DNA from: Eledone cirrhosa
Lineage: Eukaryota
Direction: 5' to 3'
Length of the DNA: 64,000 nt
NCBI GenBank assembly: GCA_964016885.1
Contig: OZ024740.1
Location: 91,264,001 to 91,328,000, forward strand
Shown here one piece after another: positions 63,008-64,000 of the stretch. The notes under the pieces were generated by a model. The model ran no database searches. It saw nothing but the letters and a program-made list of their open reading frames with translations, and was not told the DNA's origin. How positions within the stretch are numbered: the stretch's first letter is position 1; every line of letters begins with the position of its first letter. The translations under genes and the position numbers were made by a program.

Positions 63008-63078
63008 TATTTTATTATGCGCATTTCAAAAACAAATATCATCATGCAATAAGATTTGTGTTTTCATCAGATAAAATA
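63008..63078 (-). ncRNA. Intact type I HHR at the 3' end of a probable PLE UTR (~62900-63960)
   Basis: tattttat-CTGATGA-aaacacaaat/atttgttttt-GAAA-TGCGCA-TA-ataaaata. Confidence 0.85.
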
Positions 63079-64000
63079 GGAAGACATGATATGAAGGTTA
63101 AAAAACACTTGTGGATAGTGCAGTTTTAAATCAACATATGAAAAGTAGTTTTAGATTGATGTGTGATATTGGGAAATCAAATTTTTTGAGGTGGGGGAGA
63201 TGAAAAAGAGGAAGAGATGAGAATAAAAAGTAGAAGGGGAGGCTTATAATGAGGAAGGATGAGATAGGAGGAGAGATGGGTGATAGATAGAGAGAGATAG
63301 CTTTTATAACTGAGAAAAATATATTGTTTTACATAGAGAGCTTGAAAAACCGTTGGAAGATAATGTATAAATTAAAAGAATTTGAAAATTAACGAAGAGA
63401 AAAATAATGTAAAGTTAAGGTTTGTATATTGAAGGGTTAAATAATATGTGCGATGAAAAGAAATTGTTAATATGTATTAAGAATAATATTTAAGGGTTTA
63501 ATAATATGTGCGATGGAAAGAAAATGTTAATATGTATTAAGAATAATATTTAAGGGTTTAATAATATTTAAGGGTTTAATAATATGGAAAGAAAATGTTG
63601 ATATGTATTGTTAAACATAGCAAAGGTAATGTAAGTAAGGATATATTGTGAAAAAAGTAGAAGATAGTATGAAATAGTTAGATGAGCATGAAAAGTGAGA
63701 AAAAAATAATGAATTGAGGATTAATAATCTAACGTCAAAAAAATGTTTATGGTTACGAAGGATTTTTTCAAGGTGATATAAAGTAAGAATATATTGTATT
63801 GTGTAATAATTGTTTCTATGTTAGGCACAGTGAGAAAGGGTACCGATTAGGGGTTAGAAATTAAAAGAAAAAGAAAAGAAAAGGAAAAGGATAAGAGGGA
63901 AGTGATAAATAGGAGTGATATAGAATGAGTAACAAGTATTATATAATGTATAATAAATAACTTTTTCACCCCCCCCCCCCCCCTCAACAAATTGTTTTCC

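Overview
AT-rich, repeat-saturated animal DNA with no recognisable host protein-coding gene. The microsatellite load and SINE type suggest a cephalopod (octopus-like), which is inference. Most ORFs in the track are microsatellite artefacts. The real coding remnants belong to Tx1/L1-type LINEs with (ATT)n tails, an R4/Dong-type LINE, two Helitrons and at least two lineages of Penelope-like elements (PLEs). The dominant hidden signal is about 20 type-I hammerhead ribozyme (HHR) motifs read by eye: stemI-CUGANGA-stemII-GAAA-(usually palindromic 4-6 nt)-UH-stemI'. They lie in PLE pseudo-LTRs, in foldback palindromes and, most notably, once per unit in a non-coding ~420-460 bp tandem repeat family (4.8-5.3, 20.9-21.8 and 59.6-61.8 kb). 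That family looks like a non-LTR retrozyme (candidate circular-RNA producer). A second retrozyme-like 473-nt unit lies at 27.2-28.2 kb. All structures are manual predictions.
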